Shown here one piece after another: positions 38,101-47,764 of a stretch of DNA of 64,000 nucleotides. The stretch lies in the NCBI GenBank assembly GCA_022072445.1, contig JAJVHV010000030.1:5971-69970 (forward strand). The letters run 5' to 3'. Position numbers and translations under genes: made by a program. The notes under the pieces are model-generated. The model did no database searches. It was not told the origin of the DNA and worked only from the letters and a program-made list of their open reading frames with translations. Source of the DNA: Phycisphaerae bacterium (lineage in GTDB: Bacteria > Planctomycetota > Phycisphaerae > UBA1845 > Fen-1342). The number at the start of each line of letters is the position of its first letter. Within the stretch, counting starts at the first letter, position 1.

Positions 38101-38548
38101 GGCGCCCCAGCAGGTGATGCACGTCGGCCGACTGCGGGCGCAGCAGGGCGGCGAACTCCGCCGCGGCGCGGGCTTCGCCCGTCCGCCCGCTCTCAAAGCG
38201 CGCCGTGGCCAGCAGGTAGTGCAGCTCGAAGCAGTCGTCCGGGGCCGATCGAATGGCCGCGTCCAGACGCGCGATCGCCGCGTCGTACTGGTGATCGTCG
38301 ATCAGATCGCGCGCCGCTTCGTACTCGTCCCGCAGCGCGCCCTGATCGGGAAGCTCAATCCCCGGCCGCGCCGGCCCGGTCGACGCCGGCTCGATCGTCG
38401 AGAGCGGCGCCGCGGCCCGCCCGTCCGTCGCCGGTTGCGTCCCCGTCGGCTGGGACTGACAAGCGGTGGCCCGCGTGGCCGACGCAGCGAACGCAGCGAC
38501 CAGCACGGCGGAGATCATCCGCACGACTTGCGACACGGTGTGGTTCAT
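35123..38548 (-). CDS. secreted tetratricopeptide (TPR) repeat protein, ~1140 aa
   Basis: Signal peptide from ATG 38548 (MNHTVSQVVRMISAVLVAAFAASA), then dozens of TPR-like helical repeats; stop overlaps kdsD start (ATGA). Confidence 0.8.
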   Translation of the reverse strand: MNHTVSQVVRMISAVLVAAFAASATRATACQSQPTGTQPATDGRAAAPLSTIEPASTGPARPGIELPDQGALRDEYEAARDLIDDHQYDAAIARLDAAIRSAPDDCFELHYLLATARFESGRTGEARAAAEFAALLRPQSADVHHLLGRLLRAAGNLPRAAAHFRSATRAAEHEPNNARVTASWFELGRCLEEQGYLAAASECYARFDLAAWDSHPEHRNEPLVEQILQQHPRGMIEETLRILLGLGRTDDALRAARWAAQHQPDDSYIGLLCATTLLNAGRADEAFELCRSKLSGDNLATYLSLAVRAARAAGKLAAWSEELTGELSTPESLQLARRLATGLGTVGEHAIAASVWRKLVAAKPDDVDAAWALAVALKDSGDLEAAVRALSDVVRTTPEPLDPPQARLAEWMKPLDRTDAFLALMGRMAAIPPDDFALAYALGSLAAAAEQDALAIRLFETSLKARPEFTAARLAWGEMLLAHYRWNEAREQADQALQVSPKLAAAHYLLARALSGLDDLDGAEAAFREALRLNPREAQYALEFGRHYRRLNNIVAAQRYFQQAQSLAPDDPEMVELLIDSYLNSGKSEIAISVFERVEPGLPEDVRRRLQTSIRFARAGGTPDDYIAELLRQTEAYPDDRVTAVRCGEALYVRRRFDEAARLAQRALGFDPDNYEARLLSAAIAARRLDFDVALAQLESLAGRYSNRRALLFTLGDCYVNDFQPERARSVYEHLLSLGLSDAERNLARAKLILAHSLFRDYDGALARLDGWLAEARDKNDLLAQKWNLLTQAGRNDQAVALVTEWLNEAPADEQRWLHYADACLRAKAYDRVEQRLREWISTATSSNSVTLLTEALLRTLLAAGRPRDALNVINGFQPSDPAGDIFIRGWRAIAESEAGQHEDAIKTLTALLEERILPFVPGELERARRTLVSVLVESKQVERALEWCDRWLSNAEAGGAVEQIIPLLEMKSQVLQGAERRDDYIAVMERLLKLRPHDAGANNDLGYTYVEMGRELERAAGMIRLAVSENPLNRAFLDSLGWVYYKRGDFSLAKKYLKRSVTIFDGDDATVYDHLGDAEFRLGDAESARRAWARCVELAESDKERAAAPENARLIAEVRAKLAAQERGGQPAVAPTADGK

Positions 38549-38552
38549 AGGC

Positions 38553-39470
38553 TCAGGCCGTCTTGGCTCTCTTGCCGCGGTTGGGGCGCGGCTTCGCCGC
38601 CACCCGCTCCGCGACGCCGCCGGTCGGCTTGGGAACGCGCACCCGGCGCGGCTCGCCTTGCGCCTTCGCGGGCGTACGCGACCCCTTGCGCGCCGCGGCC
38701 CGAGCGCCCGCGTCAGGCGTCTCCAGCTCCTCGGGCAGGTCAGCTTCGGGCGGTTCATCCGTGTCGGTCGAGCCGTCCGGCCGCATCGGACGCAGCATGT
38801 TGCGCGATGAGCGGTTCGGCGGCACGCTGCGGATGCGCTCCACGTCGTGCTTTCGAACCGCCGTCCCCACGTCGATCCAGGCTTGCTTGCGGATCAGCAG
38901 GTACACCTCCAGCGCTTCCTTGTCCGGAATCTGCCGCTCCAGGAAGGCCTGCGCCTCGTCCAGCGTGCACTTCTCGTCGACGATCCGCTGCTGACGCGCC
39001 CAGGCCCACATGGCCTCATCCAGCGGAAACGCGTGATGCCGCAGACCCAGCAGCCGCAGCCGGGCCCGCGTGTAGGGCTCCAGCCCGTCGATCCGCGCCA
39101 GAAATTCACGCACTTCCTTCTTCGACGCGCTGTTCATCCAGTCCAGCGCCACGTCGTGCCGGATCGCGAAAATCCGGTTCAACGCCCGCGACATGTCCTC
39201 GCACTTCGTCCACGCGTCCGGATACTCCCCCACATACTCGGCCAGCTCGCGCGGCGACGTTACGCGCAGCTCGTTGTAATCCACGACCATGCTGCGAATC
39301 CGCTCGATCACGTCGTGTGCCCGTGCCTCGGGCATGTCACGCGTGAAAATCCCCAGAATCAGCTGCGCGAGCGGATCGCCCGGCGAGGGCGCCGGCAGGT
39401 CGCCGTGCCGCGCTCGCAGAGCCCGTATGACCTTCTTCAGTCGCCGCGCGCAATCGCTCGCACCCCGCAT
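38553..39470 (-). CDS. HhH-GPD (endonuclease III-like) superfamily protein with Lys/Arg-rich C-terminal tail
   Basis: DPLAQLILGIFTRDMPEARAHDVIERIRSMVVDYNELRVTSPRELAEYVG resembles the EndoIII N-terminal helices; the assignment is tentative. Confidence 0.45.
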   Translation of the reverse strand: MRGASDCARRLKKVIRALRARHGDLPAPSPGDPLAQLILGIFTRDMPEARAHDVIERIRSMVVDYNELRVTSPRELAEYVGEYPDAWTKCEDMSRALNRIFAIRHDVALDWMNSASKKEVREFLARIDGLEPYTRARLRLLGLRHHAFPLDEAMWAWARQQRIVDEKCTLDEAQAFLERQIPDKEALEVYLLIRKQAWIDVGTAVRKHDVERIRSVPPNRSSRNMLRPMRPDGSTDTDEPPEADLPEELETPDAGARAAARKGSRTPAKAQGEPRRVRVPKPTGGVAERVAAKPRPNRGKRAKTA

Positions 39471-39473
39471 GGG

Positions 39474-39887
39474 CTATTCGGCCTCCTCTGCCTGTTCGGT
39501 CCGGCTGCCGTCCGCCTGGGCGCGCGCCGCCTCACGCGCCCGCAGCTCGGCCATTTCATGATCGATCAACTGCGTCAGCGCGAACCCGCGCTTCAGCGAC
39601 TCGTCCAGGTGAAACCGCAGCCGCGGACAAACCCGCATCGTCAGTTGCGGCGCCAGGATGGACTGAATCCGCCCCGCGGCGTGCCGCAGCGCCGCCACGC
39701 ACAGCTCCGCCCCCGGCCCCGCCGACATCACGCTCACGTGCACGTCCGCCACCGAGAAGTCCGGCGCCACATCCACCCGCGTGACCGACGTCAGCGACGG
39801 CACACGCGGGTCGTGCAGGCCATCCTGGATTTGCTCGGCCACGATGCGGCGGATGAGACTGGCTACGCGTTCAGTTCGTCGGGACAT
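39474..39887 (-). CDS. rbfA: ribosome-binding factor A
   Basis: RTERVASLIRRIVAEQIQ...LTSVTRVDVAPDFSVADVHVSV; located downstream of infB. Confidence 0.85.
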   Translation of the reverse strand: MSRRTERVASLIRRIVAEQIQDGLHDPRVPSLTSVTRVDVAPDFSVADVHVSVMSAGPGAELCVAALRHAAGRIQSILAPQLTMRVCPRLRFHLDESLKRGFALTQLIDHEMAELRAREAARAQADGSRTEQAEEAE

Positions 39888-39899
39888 CAGCTCGCTGAC

Positions 39900-40181
39900 T
39901 CACCAGATTTCGATTTCATGTTCCACGAGCGACGCCTCGGGATGCGTGCGCAGCTCGTCCACGATGCGGGCCAGCGCGCTCTCGACGAAGCGCGCCTCGT
40001 TTGAAACCATCGCGACGCCCAGCGTCGCCGCCTGCCGGTGGTCCAGATCGTCCACTTCACTGATCGAGACGTTGTGCCGGTTGCCGACGCGGTCCTTGAT
40101 GCTCTTGACGACGCGCCGTTTGTCCTTCAGCGAAAGCGCCCCGAATATCGCCAGTCTTACGCGCAGCACACCTACGATCAT
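39900..40181 (-). CDS. DUF503 family protein (YlxP-like)
   Basis: MIVGVLRVRLAIFGALSLKDKRRVVKSIKDRV...; conserved position between infB and rbfA. Confidence 0.75.
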   Translation of the reverse strand: MIVGVLRVRLAIFGALSLKDKRRVVKSIKDRVGNRHNVSISEVDDLDHRQAATLGVAMVSNEARFVESALARIVDELRTHPEASLVEHEIEIW

Positions 40182-40228
40182 GATCGGTCCGCCGCGGCCG
40201 GCCCGCCGCGCAGCCGCCGGCCGCTTGA

Positions 40229-42961
40229 CTACAGCGTCCGCGCCACTTCCGCGACTTCGTAAATCTCGAACACGTCGCCGATCTTCAGGTCGTCGAACCC
40301 GGCCAGCCGGATGCCGCATTCCATCCCGGCGTTGACCTCCTTCACGTCGTTCTTGAAACGCCGCAGCGACGCGATGTCTACGTTCTCGCGAACCACGCGG
40401 CTGTCGCGGACGATGCGAATCTTGTTCGTCCGAGCCACCTGACCGTCCACAACGCGGCAGCCCGCGATCGAGCCGGCCTTCGGCAGATTGAAGATCTCCA
40501 GCACCTCCACCTTGCCGCACGGCGTGATGCGGATTTCAGGCTCCAGCAGCCCCTCGAGCGCTTTCTTGATGTCGTCGATCACGTTGTAAATCACGCGATA
40601 CGAGCGGATCTCCACGCCCACCTCGTCCGCCAGACGCTGGGCTCCGTCCTCGGCCACGACACAGAACCCGATGATCAGCGCCGACGAAACCTGCGACAGC
40701 CGCACGTCCGCTTCGGTCACGGCCCCGACGCCCGCATGCAGGATGTTCAGCCGCACTTCGTCGGACGGAATCTCCCCCAACGAGCCGCGCAGTGCATCCA
40801 GCGATCCCTGAACGTCCGCCTTGATCAGAATGTTCAGCACCGGCACTTCGTCCGCCGTCGCACCGCGGAACAGCTCCTCCAGCGACATCCGCTTCGTCCC
40901 CGCCGACAGCGCCTTGTCACGCCGCTGCGACCGGACTTCCTCCGCAATCGACTTCGCCGACGCCGCACTGCTCACCTGGTACAGCATGTCCCCCGCCGCC
41001 GGAAGCTCGTCCAGTCCCGACACTTCCACCGGCGTGCCCGGACCGGCCTCCGGCAGGCGACGGCCCGCGCTGTCGTGCAGGGACCGCACGCGGCCGTATC
41101 CCGGTCCGCACACGATCGTTTGCCCTGGACGCAGGATGCCCTCGCGCACCAGCACCGTCGCCGTCACGCCCTTGCCCTCGCGCATCTGGGCTTCGATCAC
41201 CTGGCCGACGGTCGGTATCGTCGGATCGGCCTTGAGATCAAGCAGCTCGCTCAGCGTGCTCAGATGCGCGATCAGGTCGTCGATCCCGACGCCCGTCGTC
41301 GCGCTGGTCTTGATGACGTCGACTTCGCCGCCCCATTCCGAAACCGTCAGCCCTTGCTCGGCCAGTTGCCCGTACACGCGGTTGAGGTCGACGCCCGGCA
41401 GATCGATCTTGTTCAGCGCCACGATGATCGGCACCTTCGCGGCCTTCGCGTGATTGATCGCTTCAATCGTCTGCGGCATGACACCGTCGTTCGCCGCGAC
41501 CACCAGCACCACCACATCCGTCAGGTTCGCACCCCGCGCACGCATCTCCGTGAACGCCTGGTGGCCCGGCGTGTCCAGAAACGAAACGTGCCAGTCGCCG
41601 CGGTCGATCCGGTAGGCCCCGATGTGCTGCGTAATGCCGCCCGCCTCGCCCGCCGCAACGTTCGTCTTGCGGATCGCGTCCAGCAGCGACGTCTTGCCAT
41701 GGTCCACGTGCCCCAGCATCGTGACCACCGGCGGGCGCGGCTGAAGCTTGTTGCGCGCGAGAGCGGCGAACTGCTCCTCCAACGCCTCCAGCGCCGTCCG
41801 CCGCTTCAGCATCTTCACCGCGAGCCCGAACTCCATCGCCAGCAGCTCGGCCGTCTCAAAATCGATCATCTGGTTAATCGTCATCAGCCCGCCGGTGTGC
41901 TCCTGCAGCTTCGGCAGCAGCTTGACGTACGGAATGCCAATCGCCGCGCAAAAGTCGCGCAGCGTCAGCGGCGCGGTGATCTCGACCTCGGCGCGCCGCG
42001 CCGCCGGTGGCGGCGGGGGGGCCCCCTTACGCGTCGGCCGCTCGTCCAGCCGCCGATCCTTCAGCGTGTGCCCCGTCGCACTCGCCAGTCGCTCCTTGCG
42101 CTCCAGCAGGTCCTGATCTCGCCACTCACGCAGCCGCTCTGTCGCAAGTTCGACCCCGTCGTCCCGGCGCACCGGCGACCGCGCACGACGCGCTTCCTCC
42201 TCCGCGGTCGTGCCGCGACCTTCGCGCGGCTTCCGTCGCGGCGTCGTCGTTGACGTTCGGTCCGGCATCGGCGGCGGAACGCCCATCGGTCGCGGCCGCG
42301 GCGTCGGGAGCCGATCCGGAGCTTCCATCCGGATGAGCTGCGGACCCTTCAACTCCGCCGGACGCGGAACCAATTGCGGACCCGCCGGCGCAACCGGCTT
42401 CGACGGTGGTGGCGGCGGCGCTGCGACCCGACGCGGCGCAGGCGTCGCCGGCGCAACCGTCGGCGTTACCACGGGAGGTGCCGGCGGCGCTTCCGGCGCC
42501 GGAGGTGTCGGCGGAGCCACCGCCGCCGGTCGCATTGGCTCAGGAACCACTTCCAGCTCAGGCACCACCGTCACCGCAGGCGGCTCAGTGATCGTCGGGG
42601 CTGGCGCAGGTGGCAGCTCCAGCGCTGGCACTTCAACCGTTTCCGGCTCAGCGGCCAATTCAACCGGAGTCGCCGATTCCTCCTCGAAGGCCTCCGCCAC
42701 CGCCGCCCCGCCCTCGTCTCCCTTGCGGCGGCGACGCTGCTTGCGCACCTTCGACAAATCGACCGGCAAGGCCACTTCCACGGATGTCACGTCGGCGCCA
42801 ACGCTGAACCACTCGCGAATCGACTCCGCCAGGCCCGCCGAAACCACCGACATGTGGTTCTTCAGTGTGTCAATTCCCTCGGCGTCGCACTTGGCAATAA
42901 TGTCCTTGCTCGCGACCCCCAACTCCTGCGCCAGCGTATGTACCCGAAGCTTTTCCGACAC
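40229..42961 (-). CDS. infB: translation initiation factor IF-2
   Basis: IF2_N ([22 protein letters not shown]), Pro/Ala-rich linker, G domain [18 protein letters not shown]-terminal beta-barrels. Start placed at GTG 42961 with GGAGAG upstream; the ORF opens at 43060. Confidence 0.9.
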   Translation of the reverse strand: MSEKLRVHTLAQELGVASKDIIAKCDAEGIDTLKNHMSVVSAGLAESIREWFSVGADVTSVEVALPVDLSKVRKQRRRRKGDEGGAAVAEAFEEESATPVELAAEPETVEVPALELPPAPAPTITEPPAVTVVPELEVVPEPMRPAAVAPPTPPAPEAPPAPPVVTPTVAPATPAPRRVAAPPPPPSKPVAPAGPQLVPRPAELKGPQLIRMEAPDRLPTPRPRPMGVPPPMPDRTSTTTPRRKPREGRGTTAEEEARRARSPVRRDDGVELATERLREWRDQDLLERKERLASATGHTLKDRRLDERPTRKGAPPPPPAARRAEVEITAPLTLRDFCAAIGIPYVKLLPKLQEHTGGLMTINQMIDFETAELLAMEFGLAVKMLKRRTALEALEEQFAALARNKLQPRPPVVTMLGHVDHGKTSLLDAIRKTNVAAGEAGGITQHIGAYRIDRGDWHVSFLDTPGHQAFTEMRARGANLTDVVVLVVAANDGVMPQTIEAINHAKAAKVPIIVALNKIDLPGVDLNRVYGQLAEQGLTVSEWGGEVDVIKTSATTGVGIDDLIAHLSTLSELLDLKADPTIPTVGQVIEAQMREGKGVTATVLVREGILRPGQTIVCGPGYGRVRSLHDSAGRRLPEAGPGTPVEVSGLDELPAAGDMLYQVSSAASAKSIAEEVRSQRRDKALSAGTKRMSLEELFRGATADEVPVLNILIKADVQGSLDALRGSLGEIPSDEVRLNILHAGVGAVTEADVRLSQVSSALIIGFCVVAEDGAQRLADEVGVEIRSYRVIYNVIDDIKKALEGLLEPEIRITPCGKVEVLEIFNLPKAGSIAGCRVVDGQVARTNKIRIVRDSRVVRENVDIASLRRFKNDVKEVNAGMECGIRLAGFDDLKIGDVFEIYEVAEVARTL

Positions 42962-43430
42962 TCGACTCTCCGTGGCCGACACGACACCGATCGGATCCGC
43001 ATCCGAAATCGGGTGGCACTGCTCCGCGCGGAGTCCGCCACGACTCGCCGCGCGTCCCAATAATCGACGAACCGCCGGCAGGGCGCACCCTCTCCGGACG
43101 GTCCGCTACATTCGCAATAGAATACTCGCCCGCAACTCGTTTTGCCAGCACGCAAACCACCCCAGCCCCACAGATTGTTTCGCTCAGTCATGTCCGTGAA
43201 CGATCCCGAATCCGCCATTCGGCGTCCGCGCCTCACCCTCAACCAAGCCGTCGTCTTCGGTCGATTGACAGTAACGGCACTCGACCAATATCATCACGAC
43301 CCTCATTCGACCGGCTATCCCAGTGGTCCGTGCGGGCCGCATGAACCGAGTGGGATGAACGGCCTGAGTGATGATTCTCCCCCGCAACGCGCGGTTTGCG
43401 TCACGCTCGCCGCAGGAGCTTGCGCAGTCC

Positions 43431-44810
43431 ATGAAAGTCTTCATGCTCGGTTGGGAGTTCCCGCCCTACATCAGCGGCGGCCTCGGAACCGCGTGCTTCG
43501 GCCTGACGCGCGCCCTCGACGCTGCCGGCGTCTCCGTGCTCTTCGTCCTGCCGCGCGCCGTCGATAATCCCCGCGCCGAGCACGTCAAGCTCCTCACGGC
43601 GGCGTCCATCCCCCGCGGCACCCTGTTGCGTGAAGAAGTCTCCGAGTTCCGCCTCAAGGAATTCGGTCATGCCGAGTTCGTCACCGTCGACGCCTCCATC
43701 GCGCCTTACGACCGCCCGGCCGAACCGCCGAAAACATCGCGCACCGCCACCCCCACCGAAAAGGAAGTTCTCTACGCCGGCCGCAAGGTCTCGCTCGAAG
43801 ATCTGCTCGCCACGCCCTCCGCCAGCGGGCCCGCGCCCACCGCCGTCGTCCCGATGAACGACGGACCCGGCGCCAACTACGCCGGCGATCTCTTTCGCGA
43901 AATCGAGCGCTACGCGCAGCTCGCCGCGCTGATTGCCCGCGACACCGAATTCGACGTCATCCACGCGCATGACTGGATGACCTTTCCCGCCGCGATCACG
44001 GTCCGCGGCCTGTCCGGCAAACCCCTGGTCGTGCACGTGCATTCGACCGAGTTCGACCGCTCGGGCGAACACGTCAATCAGCGCATCTACGATTTCGAGC
44101 GCGCCGGCATGCACATCGCCGATCGGGTCATCGCCGTCAGCCACCTGACCCGCAACATCGTCGTCAACCGCTACAGCGTCGATCCGAAAAAGGTCTCCGT
44201 GGTCTACAACGGCATCGACGACGACGGCGGCATGAAGGACGTCCGCCTGCCCGCCATTGCCCGCGACGAGAAAATCGTCCTGTTCCTCGGCCGCGTCACC
44301 ATGCAGAAGGGTCCCGAGTACTTCCTCGCCGCCGCCAAGCGCGTTCTCGAACACGTCCAGAACGTGCGCTTCATCATGGCCGGCAGCGGCGACATGATCC
44401 GCCGCACCATCGAGATGGCCGCCCAGATGGGCATCGGACACAAGGTGCTCTTCACCGGCTTCCTGCGCGGCGACGACGTCAAACGCATCTACCGCATGGC
44501 CGACCTCTACGTCATGCCCAGCGTCTCCGAGCCCTTCGGCATCGCCCCGCTCGAAGCACTCTCCAATGACGTGCCCGTGCTCATCAGCAAGCAGAGCGGC
44601 GTCGCCGAGGTGCTCACGCATGCGCTGAAGGTCGATTTCTGGGACATCGACGAGATGGCCAACAAGATCATCGCCGTCCTGCGCCACCCGCCGCTTCAGA
44701 ACACGTTGCGCGACCACGGCCGCATCGAGGTCGGCCGCCTGACCTGGAGCGAAGCCGCCGAACGCTGCGAGGAAGTGTACCGCCAGATGGTCGCATCACC
44801 GCGCCGATGA
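43431..44810 (+). CDS. GT4-type glycosyltransferase (glycogen/alpha-glucan synthase-like)
   Basis: MKVFMLGWEFPPYISGGLGTA...DVIHAHDWMT...EPFGIAPLEA. Confidence 0.8.
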   Translation: MKVFMLGWEFPPYISGGLGTACFGLTRALDAAGVSVLFVLPRAVDNPRAEHVKLLTAASIPRGTLLREEVSEFRLKEFGHAEFVTVDASIAPYDRPAEPPKTSRTATPTEKEVLYAGRKVSLEDLLATPSASGPAPTAVVPMNDGPGANYAGDLFREIERYAQLAALIARDTEFDVIHAHDWMTFPAAITVRGLSGKPLVVHVHSTEFDRSGEHVNQRIYDFERAGMHIADRVIAVSHLTRNIVVNRYSVDPKKVSVVYNGIDDDGGMKDVRLPAIARDEKIVLFLGRVTMQKGPEYFLAAAKRVLEHVQNVRFIMAGSGDMIRRTIEMAAQMGIGHKVLFTGFLRGDDVKRIYRMADLYVMPSVSEPFGIAPLEALSNDVPVLISKQSGVAEVLTHALKVDFWDIDEMANKIIAVLRHPPLQNTLRDHGRIEVGRLTWSEAAERCEEVYRQMVASPRR

Positions 44811-44991
44811 GCGTGGAGCGGGCATCTTGCCCGCTTTCGCTGTCGCATTACCTCCAGTCACAGGTAGGGCAGGTCGCTGTTGGGCGACCTGCCGCTGTGC
44901 TCTGAACAGCAGGGACTGCACGCGAGCCGTCATCCGCGCGCATCGTGATGCGGCCTATTCACCATCGCGCCCTTGGGCTATCCTCTCCGCC

Positions 44992-46197
44992 ATGGCGTCC
45001 GTCTGCTTCTACTTCCAGGTCCACCAGCCCTTCCGGCTCCGCCGCTACAGCGTTTTTGACACCTCGCCGCACTACTTCGACGACCACAAAAACCGCGAAA
45101 TCGCCCTCAAGGTCGCGCAAAAGTGCTACCTGCCCATGAACGCCGTCATCGAGGAGCTCGTCGCTCGCCACAACGGCCGTTTCCGGGTCGCCTACAGCAT
45201 CACCGGCGTCGCCCTTCAGCAGTTCGAGTGGTACGTGCCCGAGGTGCTCGAGTCATTCAAACGCCTCTCCGCCACCGGCTGCGTCGAGTTCATCTCCGAA
45301 ACCTACTATCACTCGCTCAGCTTCCTCTACTCGCGACGCGAATTCCTCGAACAGGTCCAGCTCCACCGCGAGAAGATCCAGTCCCTCTTCGGCCAGACCC
45401 CGCAGGTCTTCCGCAACACCGAGCTGATCTACAACAACGAAGTCGGCAAGGCCGCCGCCCGCATCGGCTACCGCGCCGTGATCTGCGAAGGCGTCGACAA
45501 CCTCCTCGGTTATCGCTCGCCCACCTTCCTCTACGGCGTGCCCGACGCCGACGGCGCGGCCCTCCTGCTCAAGCACTATCGCCTCTCCGACGACATCGCC
45601 TTCCGTTTCGGAAACCGCGGGTGGCCCGAGTGGCCGCTCTCCAGCGAGAAGTTCGCCGGCTGGGTCAATCAGATCAACGGAAACGGCTACGTCTGCAACC
45701 TCTTCATGGATTACGAAACCTTCGGCGAACATCAGTGGGCCGACACCGGCATCTTCGACTTCGTGCGGCACCTCCCCGACTCCATCTTTCGTACAGGCGA
45801 GAACGACTTCAAAACCCCCTCGGAGTGCATCACGGCCTACCCTGTCAGCGGCGAATACGACGTGCCGCACATGATCTCCTGGGCCGACACCGAGCGCGAC
45901 CTCTCCGCCTGGCTCGGCAACGCCATGCAGGCCAACGCCCTGCACGAGCTCTACCGCCTCGAAGATTCGGTCAAGGCCACCGGCGAACCCGGCATCATCG
46001 AAGACTGGCGCAAGCTTCAGACGTCCGATCACTTCTACTACATGTGCACGAAATATTTCGCCGACGGGGACGTGCACAAGTATTTCAATCCGTATGACTC
46101 GCCCTACGATTCCTATATCAACTACATGAACGTGCTCGACAACCTTCGCGCCCGCATCCGCGCCGTCGCCAAATCCGCCGCCGCCTCAGCGCCCTGA
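44992..46197 (+). CDS. glycoside hydrolase family 57 protein (alpha-amylase/4-alpha-glucanotransferase-like)
   Basis: MASVCFYFQVHQPFRLRRY...SETYYHS...FMDYETFGEHQW. Confidence 0.85.
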   Translation: MASVCFYFQVHQPFRLRRYSVFDTSPHYFDDHKNREIALKVAQKCYLPMNAVIEELVARHNGRFRVAYSITGVALQQFEWYVPEVLESFKRLSATGCVEFISETYYHSLSFLYSRREFLEQVQLHREKIQSLFGQTPQVFRNTELIYNNEVGKAAARIGYRAVICEGVDNLLGYRSPTFLYGVPDADGAALLLKHYRLSDDIAFRFGNRGWPEWPLSSEKFAGWVNQINGNGYVCNLFMDYETFGEHQWADTGIFDFVRHLPDSIFRTGENDFKTPSECITAYPVSGEYDVPHMISWADTERDLSAWLGNAMQANALHELYRLEDSVKATGEPGIIEDWRKLQTSDHFYYMCTKYFADGDVHKYFNPYDSPYDSYINYMNVLDNLRARIRAVAKSAAASAP

Positions 46198-46525
46198 GGC
46201 ATCCCGCGCGCCAGACCCACCCGCGTCGCGCGCCCCCCGATCATCCAAACCCGAGCGGAAGCGACGGGCTTTGTCCGCCAGCGTCCGTACCTTCGCGCAG
46301 GGGCGCCCCCAGCCGAGCCCCGCGCGTCAGCAAGGGGTTCGACCTGAGCGTGCCTCCGGACTCGGCACATCGTGCACGTCGCGAGGCGCAAGAATCGACA
46401 TGCGGCCCGCAGCTCGGCCACGGGGCGCGACGATGGGTCTTCTTCAGATGAGCCTGACCGGCACGCCCACAACCGCACCATCACGCCCGCCGGACCACGC
46501 GGCCTGCCCCGACACGGATTCCCGC

Positions 46526-47668
46526 ATGCTCACGCCTGACGGCGAGAGCACGCCACGCCGCGAAGCCATCGAACTGCCGCCGGCATCGCTGGCCGAGGCG
46601 CTCATTCGTTGCTCGCTCGACATGATCATCTCGGTTGACCTTCAGCGGCGAATTTTCGAGTTCAACCCCGCCGCCGAGCGCCAGTTCGGCTACGCCAGGC
46701 ACGAGGTGCTTGGCCGGCCGGTCGACATGCTCTACGCCGAGCCGGCGGAGGGCGCCGCGCTGTCGGCGCAGACTTTGCGCTGCGGATTCTGCGGCGAGCT
46801 CTGGAACCGCCGCAAGGACGGCACGCGTTTCTGCTGCTACGTATCGGCGTCGCCGCTGCATGACGCCAGTGGGGCGGTAGTGGGTCTGATGGGGATTTCG
46901 CGCGACATCACCGAGCAGCGTCGCTCGCGCGAGGCGCTTCAGCAGGCGCACGCCGATCTGGAGAAGCTGAACGGTGAGCTGGATGAGCTGAATCGTGCGC
47001 TGGAGGGCAAGGTGCGGCAGCGGACGGCGGAGCTGCGGGCCGCGTACGACGATACGCTCGACGCGCTGGTGCTGGCGCTCGACGCCCGCGAGCACGCGAC
47101 GGCGGGACACTCGCGGCGGGTCGCGGTCTACTGCGTCGAGTTGGCGCTGCGTTGCGGTTTGTCGGATGGCGCATTGGAGAACATCTATCGCGGCGCGCTC
47201 CTGCACGACATCGGCAAGATCGGCGTGCCCGACGCGGTGCTGCTGAAGCCCGGCCGGCTGGACGATGCCGAGCGCCGCGTCATCGAACAGCACGTCGTGA
47301 TCGGGGCGCGGCTGCTGGAACGCGTCGGGTATCTTCAGTCGGCGACGACGATCCCGCGCTTTCATCACGAGCGCTACGACGGGGGCGGCTATGTCGCCGG
47401 TCTGGCCGGAGAGGCCATTCCACCGGAGGCCCGCGCTTTCGCAATTATCGACGTGTACGACGCCTTGCGCTCCCAGCGGCCCTACAAGCCCGCGCTCGGC
47501 CACGACGACGCACGGAAGGTGATCCGCGGCGGCGCGGGGCGGGAGTTCGATCCGCGGATGTGCGCGGCATTCGCCGACGTTTCCGAGCAGCGCTGGGCGG
47601 CGCTGGCCGGGGTCGCCGGCCGAACGGATCGGTTTGACGAGGTTCTGGCGGCGTGCCGTGCATCGTAA
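46526..47668 (+). CDS. PAS sensor + HD-GYP domain c-di-GMP phosphodiesterase
   Basis: PAS region, then HDIGKIGVPD...HHERYDGGGY. Start uncertain; in-frame ATGs exist at 46271 and 46434. Confidence 0.75.
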   Translation: MLTPDGESTPRREAIELPPASLAEALIRCSLDMIISVDLQRRIFEFNPAAERQFGYARHEVLGRPVDMLYAEPAEGAALSAQTLRCGFCGELWNRRKDGTRFCCYVSASPLHDASGAVVGLMGISRDITEQRRSREALQQAHADLEKLNGELDELNRALEGKVRQRTAELRAAYDDTLDALVLALDAREHATAGHSRRVAVYCVELALRCGLSDGALENIYRGALLHDIGKIGVPDAVLLKPGRLDDAERRVIEQHVVIGARLLERVGYLQSATTIPRFHHERYDGGGYVAGLAGEAIPPEARAFAIIDVYDALRSQRPYKPALGHDDARKVIRGGAGREFDPRMCAAFADVSEQRWAALAGVAGRTDRFDEVLAACRAS

Positions 47669-47764
47669 TCGCGCGGCCTGAGCGTCACCGCGTCGGCATG
47701 GGACCCATGTGGCATGCTCACGCCTGGCGGCGAGAGCATGCCATCGCGTCATCGGGCGCCAGCC

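Noticed and set aside
36716-39346. 876-aa plus-strand ORF antisense to the TPR protein and HhH gene
   Set aside because: Arg/Pro-rich low-complexity product, antisense to well-supported genes.
40736-44717. Long antisense ORFs over infB (40736-42253, 42210-43199) and over the GT4 gene (43401-44717)
   Set aside because: Antisense to genes with unambiguous motifs (IF-2 G domain, GT4 EX7E).
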